A stretch of DNA of 63,665 bases, filler included. It is 5 parts of 5 records of this genome, joined end to end, with 100 filler letters (N's around TTAATTAATTAA, not from the genome) between each part and the next. Parts side by side here need not be neighbours in the genome. Positions count along the whole stretch, not along the records: positions 22,257 to 45,345 come from DRR378314_1026; positions 45,446 to 54,251 come from DRR378314_1028; 3 more parts are not named here. One strand, written 5' to 3'. The translations under genes were made by a program, and so were the position numbers. A model generated the notes under the pieces. That model worked only from the letters and a program-made list of their open reading frames with translations. It did no database searches and was not told the DNA's origin. Positions 35,101 through 46,370 of this stretch are shown in pieces. Each line of letters opens with the position of its first letter. Positions within the stretch are counted from its first letter, which is position 1.

Positions 35101-38100
35101 ATCCGCGAGTAAGCGCTCGCTCTGCCTTATCATTTGCGGGCTAAGGACTGCCATTGGCGCACCGCGGCAAGTACGGGCAGCTACTTCTCGCAAGCGCTCA
35201 TCATCCAGCACTGCTGCCGCTCCCGTGTGGGATTTCGAGAGGCTCATCAGGTCCTCTACGAGCATGGAGCCGATCTCGTCCACAATGCCATGCAATGACA
35301 CGACCGCTGCAGCACACCGGAAGAAAGACACTTTTGACTTTATACCGTACTGCGTAAAAGTCTTGTTACTTCGTTCGTAAAACGTTGCGCTTTCTTTCAA
35401 AAATGCGGTGATTGAAATCCAAAATGGAGAGGCAGCGTGCAAGCGCTCTGTTTTCGTGCTGCGCTCGCCCAATCTCCGGTAGAGCTCTGTCAAGCAGTAG
35501 CGCACGTACTCGCGTCTGCGGCGAGCCTTTGACGACGACGATTTATCCTGACTTATGCTTCGCTCGAGAGGGCGCGTTGCCTGAACGATCAATGGCGTGA
35601 ATTGCGCCGGCACAAAGGCGAGCGCTCGAATGGCCACCTGGGAGACGTGCAACCCCTCGTGTTGCAGTACGGTGACCAAGTGCTCGATGAGGAAGCGATG
35701 TACAGTCGACTGCTGTTGTGATATGGCGGTGCTCAAGTCTGGGCTGTTATCGAAAATAGCGCTGGTCATTGTCAGTGAATCATCGGTTCCTTTACGGGGC
35801 AAGCTGTCCTTGCTCTCCGTATCGGAGAGCTCTTTCGCTGACTGCTCGCCGTCGTGGGGTGCTTCCGCTGCACTTCCTCGCGCTGAATCGAACGCCGATG
35901 AGGTCTCCTCGCGTGCCCCCGTACCGCTGCCTTGCGAAAACAGTCCAATCGCACCGATCGACTCTGCAGCGTACGAGTCTTCCTCCGACGCGGCAACCGC
36001 GGCGGCAATGGCTGCGCCTCGTTTTCTCCCTATGGTAAGAGCTGTGTTCGCTGTTGCGTTTGACAGTGCGGATCCAACCGCAGCAGCACGGTATTCTTGC
36101 GAAAGATCCTTGAATGACCAGTCGCTATCGCAATATGCGGCATCACTACGCTCTTCATCGCAGACAGGAGACTTTACAACTCGCTTACGCAACGCGTTCA
36201 TCTCCTTGGGCGATCCCGGCTCGTACTGCGAAGACGGAGCGGCTCCTCTTCTCGTATGTGCGGGTGGCTCGAACACAATGCTCTCCCTGCCGAGTGCAAT
36301 GGTGAGCATGATCACATAGTTGGACCACAAGATAAACGTGGGACTGTTTGTTTCTACATTTGTACGGCCGACTTCAATGGCAGCGCCGTGGGCCTCTACA
36401 GCAGCAAGAACGTACGGGCTCGCGATGGCGACTGGCTCCGGGTACAGTTCTATGCACTCGAGCAAAAGTGCGGCCATAAACCTGGTCCAGGCTTGCTGGC
36501 GCTCAGTACTTCCAGGCTGCTGTGTAATGAATGCGAGTAGATCGAGGTCGATGCTAGAAGGAAGATGCGAGTGCAGTGGATGCTCAAGGTTGGCACGAGT
36601 GGGGCCGGTGATTTCTCCGCGCTGCGTGCCGTCCCTGTCGCTAGCTGCTCCTTTCGCCGACGGCGTGCCAGGTATCGCGTTGGCGGAAACAGCCGCCGGT
36701 GCTCGCATTCCACGGTGCGCAAACGATGCATTCGGACCATCTGCACGAGCTGGGGAAACGGTGTCTCCTGTTTGACCCTGCGCTGACTTGCCATATGACG
36801 AAGGTTCCCAGACAGGCGCCTGAGTTTTGCGTTGGCTGTCACGCTCTGAGCCGTTGCACGTGAGAGCACCCGGGCCGTGCATTTCGGCGACGCTTCGCAC
36901 TCCCAGGAGCGGCCCTGTGCTGTAGAGCGCGCGCTCGGGAGCCGTTTCATGGCGCTCGGTTATAGCGGTCAGCGTGGTGTCATCTCCCGCTGCACCTCTG
37001 CGCTCAGTGCATTGGTCACTGTCGGTGCCCGGGACGGATGCCGCGCCCGCGGATACCAGAGGCGAGCGCCTGAGGAGCGCAGCAAGGGAGTCATGGTGCG
37101 CGGGTTCGCTCGCTGCCAAACTGTCGGGCTCGACGAAACGGGAGCCGGCACGCGAAGATCGATATACCTCCAGCATAATGTCAAGCAAAATTGTTGGCGA
37201 AAAGTCTACCTGCTCGTCGTGGTTCCTACCACCCGGGGGTTTCTGCAACCCACCAGAATCGGAGGGTGTTGCCAGCTCCATACCTGCAGTGCTTTCCTGC
37301 AAAGCCTCGACAATATCTCGAACCTCTAGCAGCAGCGCCGCTGCCTCCCGGCGAACGCTGCTGTGGTGGCTGTTCAAAAAGTACAACGAAAGAGCATCCA
37401 GCGAGTGAATCGTATTCAAGATTGTCTTCGAGGAGTTTGCGCGGCTCTGTTCGCCAGCAGTTTCGTTGATGGCGTCGTTCTCGCTTGTATAGGCGGTGTC
37501 GCCGTCGCCGCGTGGCGACAAAAGTGCTATGGCGCCCGGTCGTTGACCGCGAATATCACGAGCGCCAGTCTTCTGTTCAGGGGAGTGCAGAATCTGAGGA
37601 TTGCGGACGCTGTTCCGGAGTGGCGAATTTGAGCCGGAGCTCTGCGAGTCTCCTGCATATTGATCAGCACCATCCGCGAGTAGATCTCGCCACTGTTGCG
37701 CTAGTGAACGAATCAGCAACGCGGCGTTCCCGATACTCTCGATATCCGTGTCTACTACGCTATCCATAGCTATAGAGCTGGCGCGGGACACCATATCCGC
37801 TGCCGCTTCTGGTCGCTGAACCATGAGTTGTCGGAGACAGTTTGTTCCGGCCGCGGCTACTCTGGCGTTGCGATGCATCGCCACGTGAATGGCATTCTCG
37901 ACGAGGTGCACGTCGAGGACCTCGTCGGGTGCAAACGCAGCAGCACATTCCAGCGTTGCAACGGCAAGCACCGCCACAGGAATACCTGTCCCTGGCGAGG
38001 GAGCCCCAGACTTTCTCACCTGTACAGTTGCATCTCCCTCCAGCGCGCTTCGCAAGGTATGGTCTTGTTCCGCAACGAATGTTCGTGCCACGGAGCCCAG

Positions 38101-40877
38101 AAGCGTCTGGCCCGCCTTCCCGCTGCCCGCCGCTGCGATTCTGCTACACCAGGCTGGCAGCTGCCACGGGATTTCTACGCGCGTACTTTCGCGGAGCGCG
38201 AGCACATGGAATGCACGGTGCAAAGCTGCAGCAATATGCGGTCGTATGGCAGGCTTGTAGTGGGATATGTCAAGTGCCTCGCGCGAAAGCTGCGGCTGCC
38301 CGCCACGCTCTTGTGCATCCGCTCGGTGCATCCTCTGGGCGCACGAATCGGATAGATCCAGAATTCCCCGCAGGGAGCGTAGCGCCAACAGCAATGCCGC
38401 AGGCTCGCTCTTTGCTCGTGCAAACAGTTCCAAGATCACATTTTGCAAGCAAAAATCGATCTTGCCGCGTGCAATTTCCAAAACGCTCGGCAAAATGTGC
38501 TCGACAGTCGCCGAGTCAGCTCCAAGCAAAATACTGTTCTTTTTGGGGAAGAGTAGCTTGTCGACTATGCTCTGCAAGTGCTCGAGGAGTGCTTGGGAGA
38601 CGCTGTCAAATTTGCGGAGGAACCCGCGCAGGAGGCGAGCTACGTTTGCAAACGCGGTTGCTGAAACGTATGGATCCTTTGAGCGCGTATTCTTATAGCA
38701 AAGATCTAATACTTGCCACATGTTTTTGACAAAGAACGATTTGCTGCTCATGTTTAGGATGGACACCAGGAGGGGAATGCAAGCCGCAACGTGCTTCGCC
38801 TTACGAGACCAATAGAGGGCTTTCTGATACAGCGACGATGCCGCCACATAGAGCTCGTTCAGATCCACCTGCGATCCTTGGTCGGAAACTTCGAGATTTT
38901 CCAGTACATGCGCAAACGTGTAGCAAAACGCATGTTTCAATTCGATCCGTTTTGCATTGGTCATATACGGAAGCAGCGTGTTGAGAAAACGAGCCGCGTT
39001 CGATACACTGCGCTGCGATTGGAGCGACAACTTCACGCGGCACATGCTCGGAATCAGGCGGGCAATTTCGAGTTTTCCCGCATTTGACGTAAAACGCGTG
39101 GTTATATCCAGGACATAGGTATCCAGAAGTTCCATCAGTCGGGATCGAGAAAGGCTCTCTATGTTCTTTGCTGCTAGCAACAATGTTGCCCATACAGCCC
39201 CGCGCGCGCAGGAACCGCCTGCAGAAACATTGTGGACCAGTTCGCGCGCATGGAATGCCGGCAGAGCAGCACTTGCAGCCTTGAAGGCAGAAATACAATG
39301 ATTTTCGATGCGAGAAGTCCTTTCTGCTGCAATGTTATCTCCGCGAAAGTTTACCAAAATTTCTTGCATTGCTCGGAAGAACACCAATCCCGGAATCCAT
39401 TTTCGCGCCTTGGCGAATGCGCTTTGTCGCGACGGCACTGTGGAGGTGGACGTTACACTGTTGCGAAGCGTTGTCTGTGACACGTTGGTGCTCGTTGCGT
39501 TTCCACTGTCGTACCAGTCCAAGACGGCAGAGACAAGTGCGTCGGAACAGTGGGCGGCGAGAGAGCGTATGCTTGCGAGCGTTCGAACAAGCTGGATTTC
39601 AATGTGTGGTGCATCCTCGCGCGCACAGGCGCTGGCTTGCCCGTCGAGATGGTGAGGGGCGACGTTGTTCGAATGCGCGCCGAACTCATTGGTTGTCGAC
39701 TCAAGCAAATTCGCGATACGACCAGCCAATTCGTGTTCCTGTGATATGTAGAATTGGAGTGTAGCGAGTGTAGCGGATGTTGGAGGTCAGAATTGCAATC
39801 TTTAGTGCTTGTGCTGGGAGTGGTACCGGCCGAGGCAGCTCCTGCCAGGAGACCTTGGCAAGACCTCCAGCAGAAAGGTGAACAGCTTCTTCCTTCGTTG
39901 AATCTCATAGAATTCGTAGGGGCATGGGTCAATCGCTTCGCTGCCTAGCTCTTAGACTGTTCAAATATGAATCCCATGATAGAGTACGGCTAGCTGGGAA
40001 CAAACATTACGCTTCCTTTGTTTGCTGGCGAACACAACTTGGGACAAAGTGCATAGTTTTGGAACTGTGGTGTCGTCACAACACTGACAGCTCTCCGCGA
40101 ACAGGATCCATTTGCGCGCCATTCCACTGTAAGCAGGGCTCGGATAAGTTCGCTACAAGAAAAAAACCTATCCTCTATGTACAAAACGAAACGGAGAGTA
40201 AGAGTAGCCTTCTTGTACACAAGCAGTGAAACAAGCCAAGCAAAAAGAAGAAGGGAGGAATTTATGGGAGCCATTCCACTTCAAGGGGCCGTGGCTCTGG
40301 CACACAGTTTCGCTTGTGTATCCGCGCAAGTGGCGCGTTGCGCTCAAACTATCACCGCCGATCCGGCGCACGGGGATAAATTTGCGATATCTTTTTTCGA
40401 CTTACGAGGAAACATGGACGTGTTACGTAAGAAGAAATCGCGGTGCTGTAAAGAGGTGCTTGCTGTATCTGCCAACTAGCATATCAGGACGTACTCGCTG
40501 AGCGCGCAGCATGCCGTATTGATTGCAGGCAGCACTATTGCCTGTCGTAGTGTGCTGCACGAACCCATGGGGACACTAGTCCGCCAGTGGGCCCGTGGGG
40601 CTGTTCTCGCAAGGGGTTATGCTCCGCTTCCAAGTCGATAGAAAACTCATTCTGTGGTGACTTCCTTCGGAGGAAAGGCGGATAGTGGCAACGGGTGCGA
40701 ATTTTTTCCAGGCGTTTTCTACGCGGCTGGCTGCCGTGAGTGGGCGATGTGCGCAGGCATAGTCAGCTGCACGAGACGCACCTCTACACCGGACAGCGCT
40801 GCGATCGTTTCCTCCGCAAGCGTGACAAAATCGGCGAATATTTTGTTCAAGACACTCTGAGCGAGCGGCTCTGTCAT
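29107..40877 (-). CDS. FRY: Furry/MOR2/TAO3 (PAG1) cell-morphogenesis scaffold, ~3575 aa; exon 1 40877-40782, exon 2 39738-29107
   Basis: N-terminus MTEPLAQSVLNKIFADFVTLAEETI...LASIRSLAAHCSDALVSAVLDWY fits the Furry N-terminal pattern. Also LTFLLPWMKQIDL, IEDLWASL, WASVALSSA...SHAIYRSL, LWGCCALLQS, FRGLLPIVAGGLAS (MOR2-PAG1 C-like). A phase-0 GT-AG intron joins exon 1 to the 3540-aa ORF. Confidence 0.88.
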
Positions 40878-41622
40878 TTTGTGAATAGGCCCAGCGCCGT
40901 ACAAGTGGCGCTTCTGCGAAGGAACTGTGGAGCAGCTTCTACAGTTGGCACGACGTGGCTCAGAAGGAATGCCGCAAGCGTGACGGGCCGCTGCATACAC
41001 GCGCCGACAGGGGAGCGCGCTGAACCTTCCTTCGCGGCCGCTTCCGTCTTAAGGAACTCCTCCTGCACTTCTGCAAGCAGGCTAACCAGTGTGTATTCGC
41101 GAGAAAAAGTCGATTTCGTAGAGAATCGGTACGAGAGAGCCGCACAGAGATCGTGTGGAGTACGACGCGCGGTCGCTTGTCCACCCAGTGCCAGGGGCGC
41201 AGGAGTGCGGCCCCGTCACTCTCGACGCCGTCGCGGAACGCGCGCGACCTGTGGGCGGCGGCCTGGGTTTGTCCGCGCGCTGCCGCGTGATCGCGATGAG
41301 TGCGTCGCGCGTTGGCTGCGCGCTCCGGGGTCGCGGTCGCCTGGCCGGGACCGGCGCGCGCGGGGGCGGGGCGCGGCTAGGGGTGGGTGGATCGGAGAAC
41401 GAGCCGCGCCGAGCTGCCCCGAACGCCAGCGGGCACGGCGGCAACCTTCTCCGCACCTGCACGGCACGTGCACACATCGCGGCTTCGCGCGCGCAGCCTC
41501 TCTGCCCGCCTGCGCTGGTAATTCACACGCGAGCCTTTCCTGACTTCGTATCACTGATATTAGAATAGCATTCCACTTTCTCGCGCTGGTAAATTATCCC
41601 ATTGCTCTGGAAACGCGCACTC

Positions 41623-44600
41623 ATGGGCAAAGCCAAGTCGTCGAAGCGCCGTCAGGCGCGGCGCGAGCAGCCCACTGGACTCCCTGCTCCCGAGCGAGTG
41701 CAAGGCGACGAGGGAAGCTCGCAAGGGGTGTCCCTCTTCGATCAGGTGCGCATCGTTGTGATTGCACGACAAATGTTTCTGCGCATGTGAAATGGACCCA
41801 CCAGCGGAAGCTGCAACGCTTGGGCATGGTGGGTGTGCCGACATGTGCGTGCGAGGGGCAAGCCGAAGCGGCTGCGCGCTTGCTGCTGCTCGGTGGCGTC
41901 GGCGCGGTGGCTCTGCTCGCACAGGAGCCATGGGCACGTGAGCGGCGCCAGGAGCCGGGGGCAATAGCTGCGATACAAACAGACAAACAAACTCCTATCC
42001 TCTTACAAGCACTGCTACTACATGGACAAAGAGCACACGATTCACGTTGTCAAGCGGAAGATAGGGAGTGGCCCGGCGGATCAGCGTACGGAGGAGCTCT
42101 CCGCTGCGCGCGCGTGTTTGCTGCTGGTGTTCTCAAGGCGCGCGCCCGTGCCGCATTCCAAGCCTCTGCTGACGCCGTGAATCGCGCCCCGCTCCTTCGT
42201 GACGATCCACTGCATGCAGCTCGTAAGTATTCACGGGGAAGAGCGTCGCAATGCGTGCGAGGCATTTGCCAGACTTGTACTGGATGATGACTCTCGGAAT
42301 CTTCTGTTGCAGCCAGAGGCGGTTGCCGCTCTGGTGTCGCGCCTGAGCGACGCAGACGCTGCAGGTGTGCCTCGCGCGCACGAACGCGTTCTTTCGCGTC
42401 GCACCGTGCGACAGGTGGGCGGCACGTGAGCGAAGCACAACCCGTTACACAGCGCGCGCATTGATATCATTGAAAACTTCCATGGCGCCTGTTCTCCCTC
42501 GCAGTTCTGGGCGGGCAGAGGGGAAGCGTAGGCGATTTTCGGGTGCACCAACGGCCTCTGTGCCGTCGTTGTGTCCTCGTTGTGCTGAACTCTCGCCAGA
42601 GGACCTTGGCGACCCACTTCCACTGTTCCTTTTGAAATACGCAGTGACCTGTCAGGAATCTACAATGCATACATACATCCACTCTCTGCCTTATGTTTCT
42701 CTCGCCTGTGTGTGCAATTCAACCTGTATGGGTGTAATGCGCGCCATCTTTCTGCTGCAGTTCGCGTTTCTGCGGCTGGCGCTTGTCGCAACATTATTGC
42801 GTCGGCGGACACTGAAGGAGCGCGCTTACTCGTGGAAGAAGGCGCCCCTATCGCATTCTCCGCCTGTATTGCAAGCAGCTTGGATACTCTGCGAGCTTCG
42901 ATGTCCTCACGAATTCATCTGTTCCTCGTGCGAGAGTGTGCGGCTGCGGTTAGCGCCTTTGGAAGAGCGGTACGGTGCGGTGTTCCCTGCAGCATTCGCG
43001 GCATCTCTCCACGGCTGCATGGACTGGCGTGGGCTTTGGTGTTCTTACCAGCGTATTCGTTCCTTTCTTGTTGCCAAGAAGGCCGCGGACACGAAGAAAC
43101 AAATTTGCTCAAACTCACTACAACTCGTATCTTTTGCGCGGTTTCGCACCCTGTTCGAGTACCTGTGCACATATCTGAATCCAACCCCTGCTTGCATGCC
43201 CTGGGCGCGTCTCCGTGCACACGGACTGCGGGGCGAGCGCTCGTTTCTGATCAATGAGTATTTGTGTGGATACTGCGGCTATCATAACTTCCCTGTAATG
43301 CATGCAGAGCGAGGTTGCGAATGACGCGCTTTGTTCCCATATGGTTCCGCTCGCCCTGCTCCAAGCGGTGGAGCTGCTTGGCCAAGCCTCCGCTGTTGCT
43401 GGGCAGGTTGAAACCGGTCTGTTGCACAGCGCCACAGTGGCGTGTCTTGAAGCTGCGTATACGCTGCTCGATGAAAACAGCGCCGCATGCGAGCCCGTGG
43501 TACGAGGATACTGCACGAGGACTCTGTCGTATATCCGGAGGAGAAGCTGAGAGAATCACTAGGGGTTTTTGTGCTGGGGGGCGGGGGAGGGGGAGAGAGA
43601 GAGCACGTGCGCTTTCCTATGGTGCATATTGGAGCATTTTCGCGCCGATGCGACTTCCGTTACTTTGTTTCTCATTGCTTTTCTCGGTATCTGATTGGGA
43701 CTCATGCACGTCGATCCATGCACTGTTCCGCAGGGTGCGAACGGAAGCGCTATGGGAGCGCTGCGGGCGGCTGCGGCGAGCGATTTGTTTGACATTGCGG
43801 TGTACGCCGCGTGCACGCTTTGCAGTATTGCAGTCAGCGCTGCACATCGACAGGATTCCGACGCTCGCGATGCGTTGTTGATGTGCACGCGCGTCTTTTT
43901 ACGAGCAGTGACAGGATCGGATTTGTCGGCGGAGGCGTCATTCCAGCATGCGCGGTAGGTTACCTGAGGCTGACAGGCGAGTAGAATTCCGAGTGCTATC
44001 GCTGCCAGGGAATAGCATCCTACTCGTTTCACAGAGCTTCTTATCCCTTGTTGCGCGAAGCGCCGTCGTGGTGCTTTTCTCGTGCGCGCTTCCTCCTTGA
44101 GCTCCAGTGTGGGTCTCAGTTGCACCTTCAGCGCTGCCATGGATTGAATGTTTCCGGCCTTGTTGCGTGGGAAAACAGTTTCTGCAGGGCTTTTACTGGG
44201 TTGAGGGAATCTTACATACGTGAGCTGTTGCTATCTGCTGCACTGCATCGTTCCTGCCGCTGCAGTTCTGCCGGATTAGAATCGCTTGAGAATCTCATCG
44301 TCGCGAGCGCTGGCGAGCATCTACAGCGCGGCGTGCAGACAGTCGTCCGTGATGTCCTGACTACCGCAATTCAGGCATGTATTCGTTCGCCCGTTGCTCT
44401 TATAAGGGAATATGTGCATTTAATGGCTCTTGGCTTTTTTGTTGTTGTTGCGCGGTTCATGCGGCGATTTGCGCAATTTGCCGCTAGAGTTTCTGTTCGC
44501 TCCCTCGTCATGTTATGGGCCCACCTGCACTCTGTATAGCCTTACAGTGCGATTGTTCGCGGTGCAGTGCTTGTGTACTGTTGCTGATAATTTATTATTG

Positions 44601-45345
44601 TGCCACCAAGCGGACTGATGTTGTGCTCATAGCGCAGTGGGTTTCCTCGCTGGAAATGGTACGGTAAATGCAGGGGAGCCCACCGCTGTTCCACGCAGCG
44701 CTCGAAGGCGCGGTCGTGGCGAGCACTGCTGCACAGAGCGGCGATACAGCGCTTCGTGCGCGGCTGATCGAAGTTGCTGCTGCCGCGTTAGAAGAGTTCC
44801 CAGACGAGGTACGCTGAACCCTCACGTTGCGCTTTTACGATTGCGAAGCGTGCACGTGAGCTGGCCTCTTCCTGTGCATCTTTCGTGACATGAGACGATG
44901 GTCGATCATGTCTCCTGACGAGTTGCGGGGACAGTCTGCATATATTTCGCGCAGAAGTGCTTCGTCGGCATTTCCCACTGCTGCGCAACTGTGGTCATTG
45001 TCATCTCTTTCTGTTGGATGCGGTGGGGTTGTAATTGGACAAACTCATTCCCTCACTGCTGCCGAAAGTTTATTTCCGTGCGACGGCTCGATGTTTCTGT
45101 TGCGATAGCAACTTGCTCGAGAATCAGAGTGCTAACGCGCATTGATCGTGGGCTCTGGAATGTGCAATGTCACAGGTATCGGCGAACGCCAAGGGCACTG
45201 CCTTACATTCCCTGATTCTTCCTGTACTCGAACAGGCTGTGAAAGTGAGCGATCTGGAGGTTCGTGCCGAAGACTTGCAATACGTCCGCAATGTGACGAG
45301 GTGCCGATGGGCGAGCGACCAGCGCTTTGGCCCGGCGGTGCTCGC
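41623..45345 (+). CDS. HEATR3: HEAT repeat-containing protein 3 (Syo1/symportin-like), multi-exon, 3' truncated; first exons 41623-41745, 42220-42364, 42761-~42969
   Basis: MGKAKSSKRRQARREQPTGLP...SLFDQ|LVSIHGEERRNACEAFARLV...AVAALVSRLSDADAA|VRVSAAGACRNII resembles the HEATR3 N-terminus (basic MGK start, R-x-x-AC-x-x-ARLV, VR-x-x-AAGA-x-RN). Later exon boundaries are only approximate. Confidence 0.78.
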
Positions 45346-45445
45346 NNNNNNNNNNNNNNNNNNNNNNNNNNNNNNNNNNNNNNNNNNNNTTAATTAATTA
45401 ANNNNNNNNNNNNNNNNNNNNNNNNNNNNNNNNNNNNNNNNNNNN
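45346..45445. other. Artificial contig spacer
   Basis: N44-TTAATTAATTAA-N44, linker at 45390-45401. Confidence 0.98.
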
Positions 45446-46256
45446 TCTGCACATCCTTGTAGAACTGATCCACCAGCGCCGTGACTGGGAGGCTGGCCTC
45501 GATGTCGTCCGCCGTATCGAGACAGATGCCCAGATCCTTGCGCATCCAATCTACAGCGAACCCATGATCGAAGTGATCATCCAGCATTGTCTCATAGCGA
45601 TTGGCCATCTGCCAGCTCCCGGCGGCGCCTTGGCTGATCACCTCCACGACTGCGCGCCCATCCAGACCGGCCTTCTCCGCAAAATGCAGCGCCTCGCTCA
45701 GTCCTTGGACAAGTCCCGCGATGGCGATCTGATTACACATCTTGGTCATTTGGCCCGCACCGCTTTCGCCAATGCGGCGGCAGGTACGTGAATAGGCATC
45801 CATGACCGGAGCTGCGGCCTCAAAATGGCTGGCATCCCCACCGCACATGATGGACAGGACGCCGTTTTCCGCGCCGGCCTGGCCGCCGGAGATCGGCGCA
45901 TCGACAAACCCGATATTTACAGCCTGCGCGGCGGCATAAAGCTCCTCCGTCGCCTGAGCAGACACCGTGGTGTGATCCACAAAGATACTACCGGCTGTCA
46001 TTCCGGCAAATGCACCATCATCGCCCAGACAAACAGACCTCAGATCATCGTCATTTCCGACGCAAGACATCACGAAATCCGCACCCTCGGCAGCCTCGCG
46101 CGGCGTCAGCGCAAAAGCGCCGCCATTGGCGGAGGCCCAAGCCTCAGCCTTTGCAGTCGTGCGGTTATAAACCGTAACGCTATAGCCCGCCTTTTGCAGG
46201 TGTGCGGCCATAGGATACCCCATGACCCCCAGCCCCAGGAACGCAACTTTTGTCAT
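45446..46256 (-). CDS. NAD(P)-dependent beta-hydroxyacid dehydrogenase (3-hydroxyisobutyrate/tartronate semialdehyde reductase family), 3' truncated
   Basis: MTKVAFLGLGVMGYPMA Rossmann motif, VDAPISGGQAGAENG, GAGQMTKMCNQI, FAVDWMRKDLGI. Confidence 0.92.
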
Positions 46257-46370
46257 GTCCTTTCCCCTCGTTCTGTCTTCGCCTATGTTGGCGCCAACCG
46301 TAGCAGCAGCAATCCAAAGCGCAATGCGGCATGGCAACAAACATCGAGATACCAAGGGAATAGACAACGA

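Noticed and set aside
45825-46370. 182-aa N-terminal extension of the acylase ORF (1005 aa in the track)
   Set aside because: Overlaps the antisense dehydrogenase gene; the family-typical start is ATG 46371
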